The translations under genes were made by a program, and so were the position numbers. Below, one piece after another: positions 29,330 through 38,994 of a stretch of DNA of 64,000 bases (positions are counted from its first letter, which is position 1; the number at the start of each line of letters is the position of its first letter). The notes beneath the pieces are model-generated. The model searched no databases, was not told the DNA's origin, and saw nothing but the letters and a program-made list of their open reading frames with translations. Source of the stretch: an uncultured delta proteobacterium (GTDB lineage Bacteria; Desulfobacterota; Desulfomonilia; Desulfomonilales; Desulfomonilaceae); contig CAWBBA010000015.1 in the NCBI GenBank assembly GCA_963786905.1, positions 22,740 to 86,739 of the forward strand, written 5' to 3'.

Positions 29330-29970
29330 CAAAGGAAGGATTAGGTTTGGTTTGTCGCTGGACGAGAAAAAACCACGTTATGAGGATGTTGTCAAGTTTT
29401 TTTAAATCAAAACATTAAAAAATATTAACCACAATCCCGCACATTGCAGTAACATATTAATATAACGTGACTATATTGTTAAGAGCGTTGATCCAAAATG
29501 CCATCCCCTTCGCTCGTGTGATGCCGCCAACGGTCCCCTCACGACGCGCAGACCCCCATTCGCCCCCCCCCAACACACAAACCCATGCCGAAAGTCCCCA
29601 ACCGGGGGCGTAGGTGGCTTCAGAGTAGGCAAATCATAGGAATTGGCTTTTCAAGCGGTAAGATTTGTAATCTCGGCAGGCGCTGACCCGTGGAGACTGT
29701 CGCAAAATCCTCACACATGCCCAAATCGCAGCGTGATACATTGGTAGGGGCGTGGTTGGACGACGCCCTTCGTCGATCACCCAACACGGGCAGGTTTCAA
29801 ACCCGTCCCTACAAGGCTCGTGTTACTTGCCCGAATGAGAAACCGCACCACTCGCAGTTTTCTTGCACTGTTCGGATCGCTAGAGGATTATTTCCTATAG
29901 GGTCGCTTCCCAGCGGTCTGCACGCTCGAACTGTTCTCTTTAGGTTTTCAGTGCTCGGTTACTCAAAAAA

Positions 29971-30462
29971 TTATTTGGAGGAACGTTCGCACACTGCTGA
30001 GCAGTAAGGCGCTTCTTCCGGGTCGTTAACGTCGCACACCGGGCAATCGCACACATCGGGCCCATCCGCGGGTTTTTGGTATTTTACACCCTGGTTTTTG
30101 GCTCTGTAGTCTTCGATGGCCCTGTGCAAGGCATCAGCGCCCAAATTGGAGCAATGGTGCTTCTTTTTCGGCAGTCCGTCCAGAGCATCAATCACGGAAT
30201 TGTTGGTGATCTTCATGGCCTCGTCCAGGGTCTTACCTTTGGCCAATTCGCTGACCATGCTCGACACAGCTATGGCAGCTCCGCATCCGAAAGTTTTGAA
30301 CTTGACATCTTCCAGGATGTTATCTCTGACCTTGATGTAAAATGCCATGATGTCCCCGCACGCGGGGTTACCCACTTCGCCGACGCCGTCGGCATCCGGA
30401 ATTTCCCCCACGTTGCGGGGATTCTTGAAATGGTCCATGACTATTTCGCTGTACATATGCAC
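29971..30462 (-). CDS. IscU/NifU-N-type Fe-S cluster scaffold with Cys-rich C-terminal extension
   Basis: DHFKNPRNVG...NPACGDIM...FKTFGCGAAIA...KKKHHCSNLG, the three conserved Cys motifs. Confidence 0.9.
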   Translation of the reverse strand: MHMYSEIVMDHFKNPRNVGEIPDADGVGEVGNPACGDIMAFYIKVRDNILEDVKFKTFGCGAAIAVSSMVSELAKGKTLDEAMKITNNSVIDALDGLPKKKHHCSNLGADALHRAIEDYRAKNQGVKYQKPADGPDVCDCPVCDVNDPEEAPYCSAVCERSSK

Positions 30463-30488
30463 CCCCTGTGATTATGGGCAAAGATTGA

Positions 30489-30506
30489 CCGCTTAACGTT
30501 AAGCGG
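30489..30506. promoter_or_regulatory. Perfect 18-bp palindrome CCGCTTAACGTTAAGCGG between the NifS-type and IscU-type genes
   Basis: Read directly from the sequence, within the 232-nt spacer of the two-gene cluster. Confidence 0.3.
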
Positions 30507-30694
30507 CTCGCGATCACCGTAGCTGTAGCAATATTGAGAGCCGAGAGGAGAAATCAACCTCATTGAACGTCTAAGCTCCGTTGCGGCTTCCTTCTTATCT
30601 GGTGTAGCCCCATGAATACGCGGGCCTGTTTTCAAGCTTGTATCCGCCGGCACATCGTTGTTCTTGTCTCGGGTATTTCACCAGTGGGCTCCAG

Positions 30695-31882
30695 TCACTG
30701 AACTACGGACTGGACTTTCGCTGTTTTCTTGTAAAGCGGCGACATATCTCTCAGCTTCTGAACAATCGGCGGCAACACTTCCACGACTACGTTTACGTCG
30801 CCATCCGTGTTGTCCGCGCCGAGAGTAAAAAGGAGCGATCCCTGTGCGGTAGCCGCGTCCATGCCCATGGCCAGCATGACGTGCGAGACTTTCAGAGAAC
30901 GAGAGATGCAGGCCGAGCCGCTCGCTATCTTAATGCCTTCCATGTCCAGGAAGAGCAGCATGGACTCTCCTTCAACATACTTCACAGTCAGGCTGGCGTT
31001 GCCGGGGAGTCGAATGGTTGGATGACCCACCAGGTCCACCTCTTCTATAGCTCCGGTAATCTCTTTAATCAGCTTGTCCCTCAAAGGAACCAGGTGAGCC
31101 ATTCTAGGCTCAACTTCTCCGGCCGCGATCTCCGCTGCCTTTCCCATGCCAACAATGCCGAGGACGTTTTCAGTGCCTGCCCTGTAGCCCCCTTCTTGGA
31201 TTCCGCCATCCATCAACGGCGCGATCTTGACTCCCTTACGGACATATAGAGCGCCCACGCCCAGAGGGCCGTAAAGCGGATTTGCTGCCAAAGAAAGAAG
31301 ATCAGCGTTCAAGCTTTCTACGTCAACGGGGATGGCGCCCACGGTTGCCACAGCATCAGTGTGAAATGGTATCTTGTGGCTGCGTGCTATTCCTCCGATC
31401 TCCGCGATGGGTTGGATAGTGCCCGTCTCGTTGTTTGCATGCATGACGGAAATGAGCACCGTGCGGGGAGTAATTGCTTTTTCCACGTCCGCTGGGTCGA
31501 CCATTCCATACTTGTCCGCCGGTAGGCGAGTAACCTCTGCTCCCTGGTTCTCAAGGGCTTTTATCGCATGCATGATCGAGAAATGCTCGATGGAGGAAGT
31601 GACAATATGATTGCCTCGAGCGCGGTTCGCTTGAAGAACCCCCTTGAGAGCCCAGTTGTTGGCCTCAGTCCCTCCGGACGTGAAAAAGACCTCCTGCGGC
31701 TTGGCGTTGATCAAGGCCGCCACCATCTCTCTTGCCTGGTCGATAGCATCGGTCACGTCTGCACCGAGGCTATGCATGCTGGAAGGGTTTCCGTACTGCT
31801 CTTTTAGAAAAGGCAGCATTGCATCCACCACCTCAGGTAGTAGTGGAGACGCTGCTACGTGGTCCATATTGATAGTCCGCAT
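30695..31882 (-). CDS. Cysteine desulfurase (NifS/IscS type)
   Basis: [19 protein letters not shown], an HTDAV region and SGSACIS (active-site Cys). 395 aa. Confidence 0.9.
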   Translation of the reverse strand: MRTINMDHVAASPLLPEVVDAMLPFLKEQYGNPSSMHSLGADVTDAIDQAREMVAALINAKPQEVFFTSGGTEANNWALKGVLQANRARGNHIVTSSIEHFSIMHAIKALENQGAEVTRLPADKYGMVDPADVEKAITPRTVLISVMHANNETGTIQPIAEIGGIARSHKIPFHTDAVATVGAIPVDVESLNADLLSLAANPLYGPLGVGALYVRKGVKIAPLMDGGIQEGGYRAGTENVLGIVGMGKAAEIAAGEVEPRMAHLVPLRDKLIKEITGAIEEVDLVGHPTIRLPGNASLTVKYVEGESMLLFLDMEGIKIASGSACISRSLKVSHVMLAMGMDAATAQGSLLFTLGADNTDGDVNVVVEVLPPIVQKLRDMSPLYKKTAKVQSVVQ

Positions 31883-32094
31883 GGGATCACCTCCCTAATG
31901 AAAACGGAGGAAACAATTTAGAAATCTCATAATTGTCGTGTTTAACATAGCTATCACGAGATGAATTGTCAACGACAGCCCCTTCTTTCAGGGTTGTTAC
32001 GACCGTCACGGTTGTGGTAAACAACTTGGTATGCCTCAGGGATTATGACCGTGTTCTCGGTAATGAAGTGGATTTCATTGAGAAAGGCTATGAT

Positions 32095-32670
32095 GTGAGT
32101 ACCAAGAATTGGGGAATCTCCAGGGAAGAAGCCCAGGCGCTCATGGAACAGTACCTGGAAACGGACAATATGCGAAAGCACTGTCTGGCCTCTGAAGCGA
32201 TCATGAGGGCCTTGGCACCAAGATTTGGAGCGGACCCTGAAATGTGGGGGCTGACGGGCTTGCTCCATGATATCGATTACAATGAAACTCGCGACAACAT
32301 GCCCCAGCACACGCTCCTAGCCGAAAGAATTCTCCTTGAAAAAGGGGTGGACCCGGCAATTGTCGAGGCGATCAAGTACCACAATGCTGAAAACCTTGGA
32401 TTGACGCGCAACGAACCAATTCACTTTGCTCTCACGGCGGCCGAGACCATAACCGGGATGTTGGTTGCCGCCAGCCTGGTCACCCCTGAGAAAAAACTCT
32501 CTGCCGTGAAAGTCAAGTCTGTGAAGAAGAGGATGAAAGCCAAAGAATTCGCGAGGTCCGTCAACCGGGATCAGATCCGCTTATGCGAAGAGATCGGGAT
32601 TCCTCTGGACGAATTCATAGGCCTGAGCCTGGAAGCCATGAGCGGGATTAGCGAGCAACTCGGATTGTGA
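32095..32670 (+). CDS. HD-domain phosphohydrolase
   Basis: RKHCLASEAIMRALA...GLLHDIDY...KYHN. The ORF is open from 31966 (TTG), but GTG 32095, preceded by GAGAAAGG, fits the domain start better. Confidence 0.65.
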   Translation: MSTKNWGISREEAQALMEQYLETDNMRKHCLASEAIMRALAPRFGADPEMWGLTGLLHDIDYNETRDNMPQHTLLAERILLEKGVDPAIVEAIKYHNAENLGLTRNEPIHFALTAAETITGMLVAASLVTPEKKLSAVKVKSVKKRMKAKEFARSVNRDQIRLCEEIGIPLDEFIGLSLEAMSGISEQLGL

Positions 32671-33015
32671 TATGAGAAGTCCCAGAGCCTGGGTTTTCCC
32701 ATAAAGTAGTTGAACGGAATAGGATCTTTGTGTAAAATAAAATAACAGTCGTAGCAGGATACTGTATTCGGACAGACAAGACAGTTCATATGATCACGCG
32801 CTGAAGAGTCAAAGCGCCCTTCCTTTCAGCAGCGCGGGCGGGGGATCCGTAGCCTTCGTCCTAGGAAGGCAGGGTCTCCACAGTTTCCCATCCTAAGAAG
32901 TTGGCGTCTTACGCCGTCTCCGACAACCTTCGGACCATAAACCGAGACTACCGGGTTTCTTGGCCCGGAAAACATGGTTCCCATCGGCTCCACAACACAG
33001 GCTAGGAGAAGAGAG

Positions 33016-33870
33016 ATGAATAAAAGGTATCTCACTATGCTGGGATTGTTGTTGGCCCTATTATTGGCGGCCATGGTCTGTTTTTCCGACGCTCAGGACC
33101 AGACGGGAAAGATTATAAAGATCAGAGGCTCCAATATTATGGCGAGTCTCGCCGACAATTGGGCTAAGGCATTTAGTGACAGTAATCCAGGGATTAGAGT
33201 GATGGTTAGTGGTGGCGGCGGGAGTGAAGGCAGCGACGGAACAGCCGCGGGCCTCGAGGCTCTTTTCGAAAAGACGGCCGATCTTACCATGGCATCGCGG
33301 CAGATAATAGAAAAGGAATTGCAGGCTGCTGCCTTAAGCGGCTCAAAACCCTTCGAAGTTCCGGTTGGTCGGATCGGTGTCGCAATAATAACCCATCCTG
33401 AGAATCGAGTGCAGGAACTGACCATTGAACAACTTCGAAAAATATTCACCGGTGATTACACGCGCTGGTCAGAAGTCGGGGGTGCGGATGAACCTATAGC
33501 AGTCATCACCAACCAACAGACTTCGGGGGTAGCCCTCTTTCTCAGAACTCACATTATGGAGAACGGCCTTTTCACTTCAGATGCGGGCATTAGGGACCTC
33601 TACCATAATATTATGAGAGAGATTTCCAAGAAAAAACCACCCGCAATCGGCTATGCCGGATTAGTGGACGCGCAGAGAGGGGCTAAGAATAACCTGATCA
33701 AGATCCTTGGAATAAAAAAGGATGCTGCTTCGCCCACAGCGGTTCCATCAGCAGAAACGGTCAAGAATCAATCATACCCACTTAGCGTTCCGGTGTACTT
33801 CTATTACGATAGCTCGTCCGCGGGAGATCACATAAAGAGGTTTGTGGATTTCTGCAAGACCAGGAATTAG
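33016..33870 (+). CDS. PstS-like (PBP_like_2) periplasmic substrate-binding protein, orphan
   Basis: Signal peptide MNKRYLTMLGLLLALLLAAMVCFS, then IRGSNIM, SGGGGS and LTIEQLRKIFTGDYTRWSEVGG motifs. No pstCAB genes are nearby. Confidence 0.7.
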   Translation: MNKRYLTMLGLLLALLLAAMVCFSDAQDQTGKIIKIRGSNIMASLADNWAKAFSDSNPGIRVMVSGGGGSEGSDGTAAGLEALFEKTADLTMASRQIIEKELQAAALSGSKPFEVPVGRIGVAIITHPENRVQELTIEQLRKIFTGDYTRWSEVGGADEPIAVITNQQTSGVALFLRTHIMENGLFTSDAGIRDLYHNIMREISKKKPPAIGYAGLVDAQRGAKNNLIKILGIKKDAASPTAVPSAETVKNQSYPLSVPVYFYYDSSSAGDHIKRFVDFCKTRN

Positions 33871-33964
33871 AGTTTTACGCTGCACTCACGTTGCAGTATG
33901 ACTCTGGCCGTAAGAGATCCCGCGTAGCGAATCTGGATTCTGCGCTTCGGAACCAGGCACGCAC

Positions 33965-35152
33965 TTATTGCAGTACCTGGATGGCGTCATCAAAGTTAGT
34001 CAGCTTATCCAAGCCTTTTTCGGTCACAACGAACGAATTCTCAATTCCGGCTAGCCCTTCGCCCGGTAGAATGAACTTAGGCTCCAGAGCTATAACCATC
34101 CCTTCCTTCAAGACATGGGGTGACTTCCTTCCGATCACCGGCAATTCATCCAGTTCCAGCCCGATTCCGTGCCCGACAAAAGTCACAGGCTGCGGGTATC
34201 CCATAAAACCTTCCGTAAGCCTCGCTTCAGCGGCTATGTTCATAGCAATATCATATAGTTTTTCCGCTTTCGTCCCTGCACGACCTTGCGAGATGAGGGC
34301 CTCTTGAATAGCCAGAGCCGTGGCATGTATCTTCAGGAACTTCTCGGGAGGCTCTCCGATAAAAAAGGTTCTGGCCTGATCGACCATATAGCCGCCCACT
34401 ACTCCCACGTAGTCGATCTGAACAGGCTCGTGCCTCTTAATGATCTTGGAACCGGCCCCCTGAGGCATTGTGGGATTGAGTCCAGGCCCACCGGTCGGCC
34501 CCACGGAACAGCTTGGTACGGCCAGATTCGCGCCTGACATTATATGTCCATAGAATACTTCGCTATTGAAACTTCTTACCCGCACAAACCCCTGATGGCC
34601 GTTCTTGCGGTACTGCGCTTCGAGTAGGCCCGCAAATTCTATTTCCGACATCCCCTCTTTGAGGATCTCTCCCACTGCGGAAAACAGTGCGTCGTTCATG
34701 AGAGCGGCCTGTCTGATCAATTGCAACTCGTGCTCTGATTTGACCATCCTGGTTTCTCTTATCAGAGACGAGACATCGTTAATAGCCGCGTTTGGAAAGA
34801 GTTTTGAGTAGAGCATGTAATTATTAACAGGGAGAACATCCAGTTCCATCCCGAGGCGTTTCCAGGGGCCCGAATATTCCCTCTCAATGCTCTTCTTTAA
34901 GCCGGAAAGGCTCTTCACCGCCACGACGTGCTCAAGTGGAGAATCCTGTACCGCTCTTTCAAGACTTTTTCGTACTAAAAGGAGAGGCGACCCTTCTGCC
35001 GGCACAAAGAGATGAGCGTCCTGGCCTGTCCCCGAAAAATAGAAGAGGTCTACGCGCTGAACTATCAGCGCAGCATCCAGGCCGTTGTCAGCCATTGCGG
35101 ATTGAAGGTTTTTGATACGCCGATGAATCTCTTCCAGGGGGGTTGAATGCAT
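33965..35152 (-). CDS. M24-family Xaa-Pro aminopeptidase / creatinase-like
   Basis: Creatinase-like N-domain plus the M24 core (DYVGVVGGYMVDQARTF, GHGIGLELDELP, ENSFVVTEKG). Confidence 0.85.
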   Translation of the reverse strand: MHSTPLEEIHRRIKNLQSAMADNGLDAALIVQRVDLFYFSGTGQDAHLFVPAEGSPLLLVRKSLERAVQDSPLEHVVAVKSLSGLKKSIEREYSGPWKRLGMELDVLPVNNYMLYSKLFPNAAINDVSSLIRETRMVKSEHELQLIRQAALMNDALFSAVGEILKEGMSEIEFAGLLEAQYRKNGHQGFVRVRSFNSEVFYGHIMSGANLAVPSCSVGPTGGPGLNPTMPQGAGSKIIKRHEPVQIDYVGVVGGYMVDQARTFFIGEPPEKFLKIHATALAIQEALISQGRAGTKAEKLYDIAMNIAAEARLTEGFMGYPQPVTFVGHGIGLELDELPVIGRKSPHVLKEGMVIALEPKFILPGEGLAGIENSFVVTEKGLDKLTNFDDAIQVLQ

Positions 35153-35470
35153 GAGCTACCATCGTGTTGTTGGGTTCGAAACTAAGTAGCGAGATCATGA
35201 GTTCGAAGATTGTTCGGGGAACTTTGCCACGAATTGTTTCATTCGGGTTCGCCGTCAAACTCACAACATTTAGGACACCTTGTAAGGGCACGGAGTGGAA
35301 ACTGTCTCAAAATTCAAAGTACGGTCCAAATCGTTCCACGATCTGGGCTTTCATGTGTTTTGTTTCCCTCACCCCGGCCCTCATATAGGCTGGTGGGACA
35401 GGCTTCCAGCCTGTCTATTGGGAATGACGGGCAAGATGCCCGTCGCCACCAAATCATTTTCTCTTTCCGC

Positions 35471-35494
35471 CATTACTTTTGAGAACCGCTATAA
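35471..35494 (-). repeat. Dispersed motif copy C (reverse complement TTATAGCGGTTCTCAAAAGTAATG)
   Basis: See copy A. It is flanked by the hairpins GACAGGC-N5-GCCTGTC and GACGGGC-N5-GCCCGTC at about 35400-35450. Confidence 0.55.
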
Positions 35495-35506
35495 AACGCT
35501 TTTCCT

Positions 35507-36532
35507 TCATTTCTGAGGTTCGATAACGACCTTCATGGAATCCCCCGCCTCTGCCACCAAGGAGAAGCCCTCGCCCGTCTTTTCCAAGGGGAGCCTATGC
35601 GTGATCATGTCGATGACATTCAACTTGCCCGAGGAAATCAGTTCCATGGCGACGGTTATATCCCGAGGGCTTCCGGCGTAAGATGTAGTCATAGTGACCT
35701 CCTTCCGCCAGAGTTCGTTGAAAGGCATCTCGACACGGGCCCCGGGATCGGAAGGGGCAAAAAAAAGTATGGTTCCACCTCGATCTACTGCGTGGAATGC
35801 CTGGCCGACAGCCGAAACAGCGCCGGTTGAAACGATGACCAGCTCTGCAAGTCGGCCGTCATTGCAATCCTTCAAACGGTCTATGAAGTCGTCACCAGGC
35901 GTTAAGGCAACATCCGCCCCTAATTTCTTAGCCGCATCAAGGCGGGAAGCATTGATGTCCACTGCAATGACTCGGGCCGCGCCGGCAGCTTGAGCAAGCT
36001 GTATGTGCAAAAGCCCGGCTATTCCGCTGCCAATGACAAGGACTCTTCTCCCCGGCATCCATCCTGTATGCTCCTGCCCCCTGACTACGCAGGCAAGTGG
36101 CTCGATAAAGACCCCCTCGTCGTAGGACATCGTGTCCGGCAGGCGGTAGACACCGTTGCGGACGTTGATTGCCGGTACTCGCACGTACTCCGTGAACCCG
36201 CCCGGGTCAAAATTGGTGGCGGACAGCGTGTCACAGACCGAATGATGACCGGCCAAGCAGTACCTGCACATGTTGCACGGGACATGATGGGACACAAAGA
36301 CGCGATCACCTTTCTTCCATTCCCGGATGTCGCTCCCGACTTCCGCTACCTCACCGGCAATCTCGTGGCCGAGGACCAGAGGCGCCTTTGGCAAACGATA
36401 CCATTCCAGGACGTCACTCCCACAAACACCGCTCGCCCAAACCTTCACAAGCAGTTCATCCGAGCCGATACGCGGGGTTGGCATCTCTTCGATGCGGACG
36501 TCCTTGTTATTGTAATACATGGCTACGCGCAT
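35507..36532 (-). CDS. Zinc-dependent alcohol/threonine-type dehydrogenase (MDR family)
   Basis: GVCGSDV, GHEIAGEVAEVG, CNMCRYCLAGHHSVC and GSGIAGLL Rossmann motifs. Confidence 0.85.
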   Translation of the reverse strand: MRVAMYYNNKDVRIEEMPTPRIGSDELLVKVWASGVCGSDVLEWYRLPKAPLVLGHEIAGEVAEVGSDIREWKKGDRVFVSHHVPCNMCRYCLAGHHSVCDTLSATNFDPGGFTEYVRVPAINVRNGVYRLPDTMSYDEGVFIEPLACVVRGQEHTGWMPGRRVLVIGSGIAGLLHIQLAQAAGAARVIAVDINASRLDAAKKLGADVALTPGDDFIDRLKDCNDGRLAELVIVSTGAVSAVGQAFHAVDRGGTILFFAPSDPGARVEMPFNELWRKEVTMTTSYAGSPRDITVAMELISSGKLNVIDMITHRLPLEKTGEGFSLVAEAGDSMKVVIEPQK

Positions 36533-36632
36533 ATTCCGCTCCAAAAGGCGTGCAACACTCTCAAGACAAACGATCTGACCGCTGAATTAAGCCATTCTTG
36601 ATTGTTGGGTCACGGAAAGATCTCATCCATCT

Positions 36633-36730
36633 GTCATTGCGAGTCCCGCAAGACGCGGGGCGAAGCAATCTCATTGTGTTGATGGGCCGAACATTACAGA
36701 TTGCTTCGTCGCTTTGCTCCTCGCAATGAC
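36633..36730. repeat. GTCATTGCGAG-type inverted-repeat element
   Basis: Arms at 36633-36671 (GTCATTGCGAGTCCCGCAAGACGCGGGGCGAAGCAATCT) and 36698-36730 (AGATTGCTTCGTCGCTTTGCTCCTCGCAATGAC). Confidence 0.8.
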
Positions 36731-36839
36731 ATACGGCCGCGAATCACTCTATGTGGCCCAAATAAGGGACCGCTTAGACATCTTTGACAACCCTTGGCAG
36801 ATGCCTCGGTGGTCCCTCAAAAAATAGACCTACAGGCGT

Positions 36840-37724
36840 TCAGCAGCGGGCCGACTTTTTCTCATCCTTGTAGATTTTGAGGGCAGCCTTGGGCTTCTCA
36901 TTGTGGTGGACCACGGCACGTACGGCCTTTATCATTCCAACGGGGCAATCGGACTGAAAGATGTTGCGCCCCATATCCACGCCGACCGCGCCCTCGGAGA
37001 CCGCGTTGTAAGCCATGGTTAGGGCCTCAATCTCAGGAAGTTTCTTCCCCCCGGCCATGACGATGGGAACTGGACAGGTACCCGTGACTCTCTCGAAGTT
37101 CTCGCAATAATAGGTTTTGACTATATTGGCTCCCATTTCAGCCGCGATCCGGGAAGAAAGAGAGAGATAGCGTGCATCTCGTGCCATTTCTCGACCAACA
37201 GCCGTTACCGCCAGAATCGGAATTCCCGCGTCATAACCTGCATCGATTAAGTCCGAAAACGCGACCAGCGTCTGGTGTTCGTATTCACCCCCGACGTAAA
37301 TTGACAGCGCCATTCCGGACACATTCAGACGAATGCAGTCTTCCAGCGAGACGTTGTAGGTCTCGTTGGATAGTTCGCTGAGCACGCTGTTGCCTCCTGA
37401 CACCCTTAACACGATCGGGACCTGGCTGCCGGGCGGGACTGAAGTACGTAGTATTCCACGTGTGAGCATCAGGCAATCCGCGTATTGAATCAACGGGGCC
37501 AGGGTCTGTTCCATAACTTCAAGTCCGGAAGTCGGGCCTTGGAAGTATCCGTGATCCACGGCCAGCATGACCGTCCGCCCGGTGTCAGGCTTGATGATCC
37601 TGGAAAGCCGGTTTTTCATTCCCCAATCAAGATGCGAGGATCCTTTCAAGTGAAATCCGGCTGCACTTCCTGCACCCGAAGTCTTCACATTTCTAGCCGC
37701 TACCAATCCTTCAACGTCCGCCAT
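36840..37724 (-). CDS. DhnA/LsrF-family class I aldolase
   Basis: TVMLAVDHGYFQGPTSGL, ANIVKTYY and VVMAGG-type motifs. The start is taken at MADVEG. Confidence 0.65.
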   Translation of the reverse strand: MADVEGLVAARNVKTSGAGSAAGFHLKGSSHLDWGMKNRLSRIIKPDTGRTVMLAVDHGYFQGPTSGLEVMEQTLAPLIQYADCLMLTRGILRTSVPPGSQVPIVLRVSGGNSVLSELSNETYNVSLEDCIRLNVSGMALSIYVGGEYEHQTLVAFSDLIDAGYDAGIPILAVTAVGREMARDARYLSLSSRIAAEMGANIVKTYYCENFERVTGTCPVPIVMAGGKKLPEIEALTMAYNAVSEGAVGVDMGRNIFQSDCPVGMIKAVRAVVHHNEKPKAALKIYKDEKKSARC

Positions 37725-37837
37725 GGCTGGTCCACCCCTTTGATGAATAATGGAAAGCGAAAATGTAGCAAAGGGATGAATTAGTGTCAACTTGGGGGCA
37801 GACCTACGGCAACCGCCATATACTAGCCCCCGATACT

Positions 37838-37920
37838 GTCATTGCGAGGGCGTGAGCCCGTGGCAATCTCCAATATGAAGAAAAAGCGGATTGCTTCGTC
37901 GCTCCACTCCTCGCAATGAC
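37838..37920. repeat. GTCATTGCGAG-type inverted-repeat element
   Basis: Arms at 37838-37869 and 37889-37920 (…GGATTGCTTCGTCGCTCCACTCCTCGCAATGAC). Confidence 0.8.
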
Positions 37921-38005
37921 ATATTCCCGTATGGCGATTGCTAGAAACTGTCCCCGCAAATCCTGCCGGAGCAAATCATTCAAAAGGCTGGACAAATGCT
38001 AAATA

Positions 38006-38770
38006 TTAGAAACGATGAATAAATGACGCGAGGCCCTGGATCATATCCGTTCCTGAATTGGAATTGTGAAGCTCATCCCCCTTGCCCCACATATTTCCAT
38101 TACAAAGGTGCCTCCACTGTACTCCCAGGGAAAAGACAGCGTCGCCCGGCAAACATCGTTCAAACCCGAATCCGCCAAGAAAAGACCAGTTCCAGCGGGA
38201 ACCTGAATTGCGGAACGTCTCCGACACGTAGCTAAGTCCCGCGCCGCTTTCAAGATACGGGGCCACCCCAACCGAGCAGATAGGAAAAGTAAACCGCCCC
38301 TTGGGGACCCATGCCAATTCGTATCCATCATGGAAGTCGAGTTTCTTTATCCGTTCGACGTTCCCTTCATAATAGACAACATACGAAGCCAGCATCGCGA
38401 CCTGGACTTCTCCTACAGCAGGACCCCAAAGGGTAACTGCCGGGAAACTGGAGAGCCGCTTGCTGAATTCCAAGGTTGCATAGTCGAGCTGCGTTGAGGT
38501 CCCGTAGGTGCGTCCATAGGCTAATTTGACCAGGTAATCGTTGGCAGGCCGGAACGCCGGAGCTGGTGGAAGAAGAGAAGCCTGCAGGCCATTGGGTGGA
38601 GCGGGAGGCTGAACGATCCCCGAAGCGTTCATGTCCGGCAAGGGACCGTCCCAGCTCATGGCCGACAAGCAAGTCAAAATGGTAATAAACGTCGTTGAAA
38701 CAACGACGCGGAAAACCACGCGACAGCCCAAACCCACGATATCCTCCTTGAACGAAGCGACAAGAAACAA
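38006..38770 (-). CDS. Outer-membrane acyloxyacyl hydrolase / lipid A deacylase (PagL-like) beta-barrel
   Basis: N-terminal signal, alternating beta-strand pattern, C-terminal WRHLCNGNMWGKGDELHNSNSG (HxSN-like catalytic motif) and a terminal aromatic residue. Confidence 0.5.
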   Translation of the reverse strand: MFLVASFKEDIVGLGCRVVFRVVVSTTFITILTCLSAMSWDGPLPDMNASGIVQPPAPPNGLQASLLPPAPAFRPANDYLVKLAYGRTYGTSTQLDYATLEFSKRLSSFPAVTLWGPAVGEVQVAMLASYVVYYEGNVERIKKLDFHDGYELAWVPKGRFTFPICSVGVAPYLESGAGLSYVSETFRNSGSRWNWSFLGGFGFERCLPGDAVFSLGVQWRHLCNGNMWGKGDELHNSNSGTDMIQGLASFIHRF

Positions 38771-38994
38771 AACAAACCAACAGTGAACCGCTCGCTAGCA
38801 CGGAGTTCGCGCGCTGTCAAGAAAGAAAAAGCTCATATTTGTGCTAAAAGAGGGTGATTTCGAGTGGCGCGGGTCACATTCATGCAGGATTTGGTTAGTC
38901 TTGCCCCGTGTCTTGTAGGATGTCCGCTATCTTCAGGAACAGGTCTGAATCGCGGACAATCCCTTCGGTTGATAGCCTGGTCGTTCGGGCATCT

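Noticed and set aside
29563-29571. C9 homopolymer tract as a phase-variation switch
   Set aside because: It lies in repeat-rich non-coding DNA with no adjacent promoter or ORF that it could toggle.
29690-30007. 105-aa plus-strand ORF in the purD / IscU-type gene gap
   Set aside because: It is composed largely of GC-rich hairpin repeat sequence (GTAGGGGCG..., GGGCAGGTTTCAAACCCGTCCCTAC), has no RBS, and overlaps the 3' end of the convergent scaffold gene.
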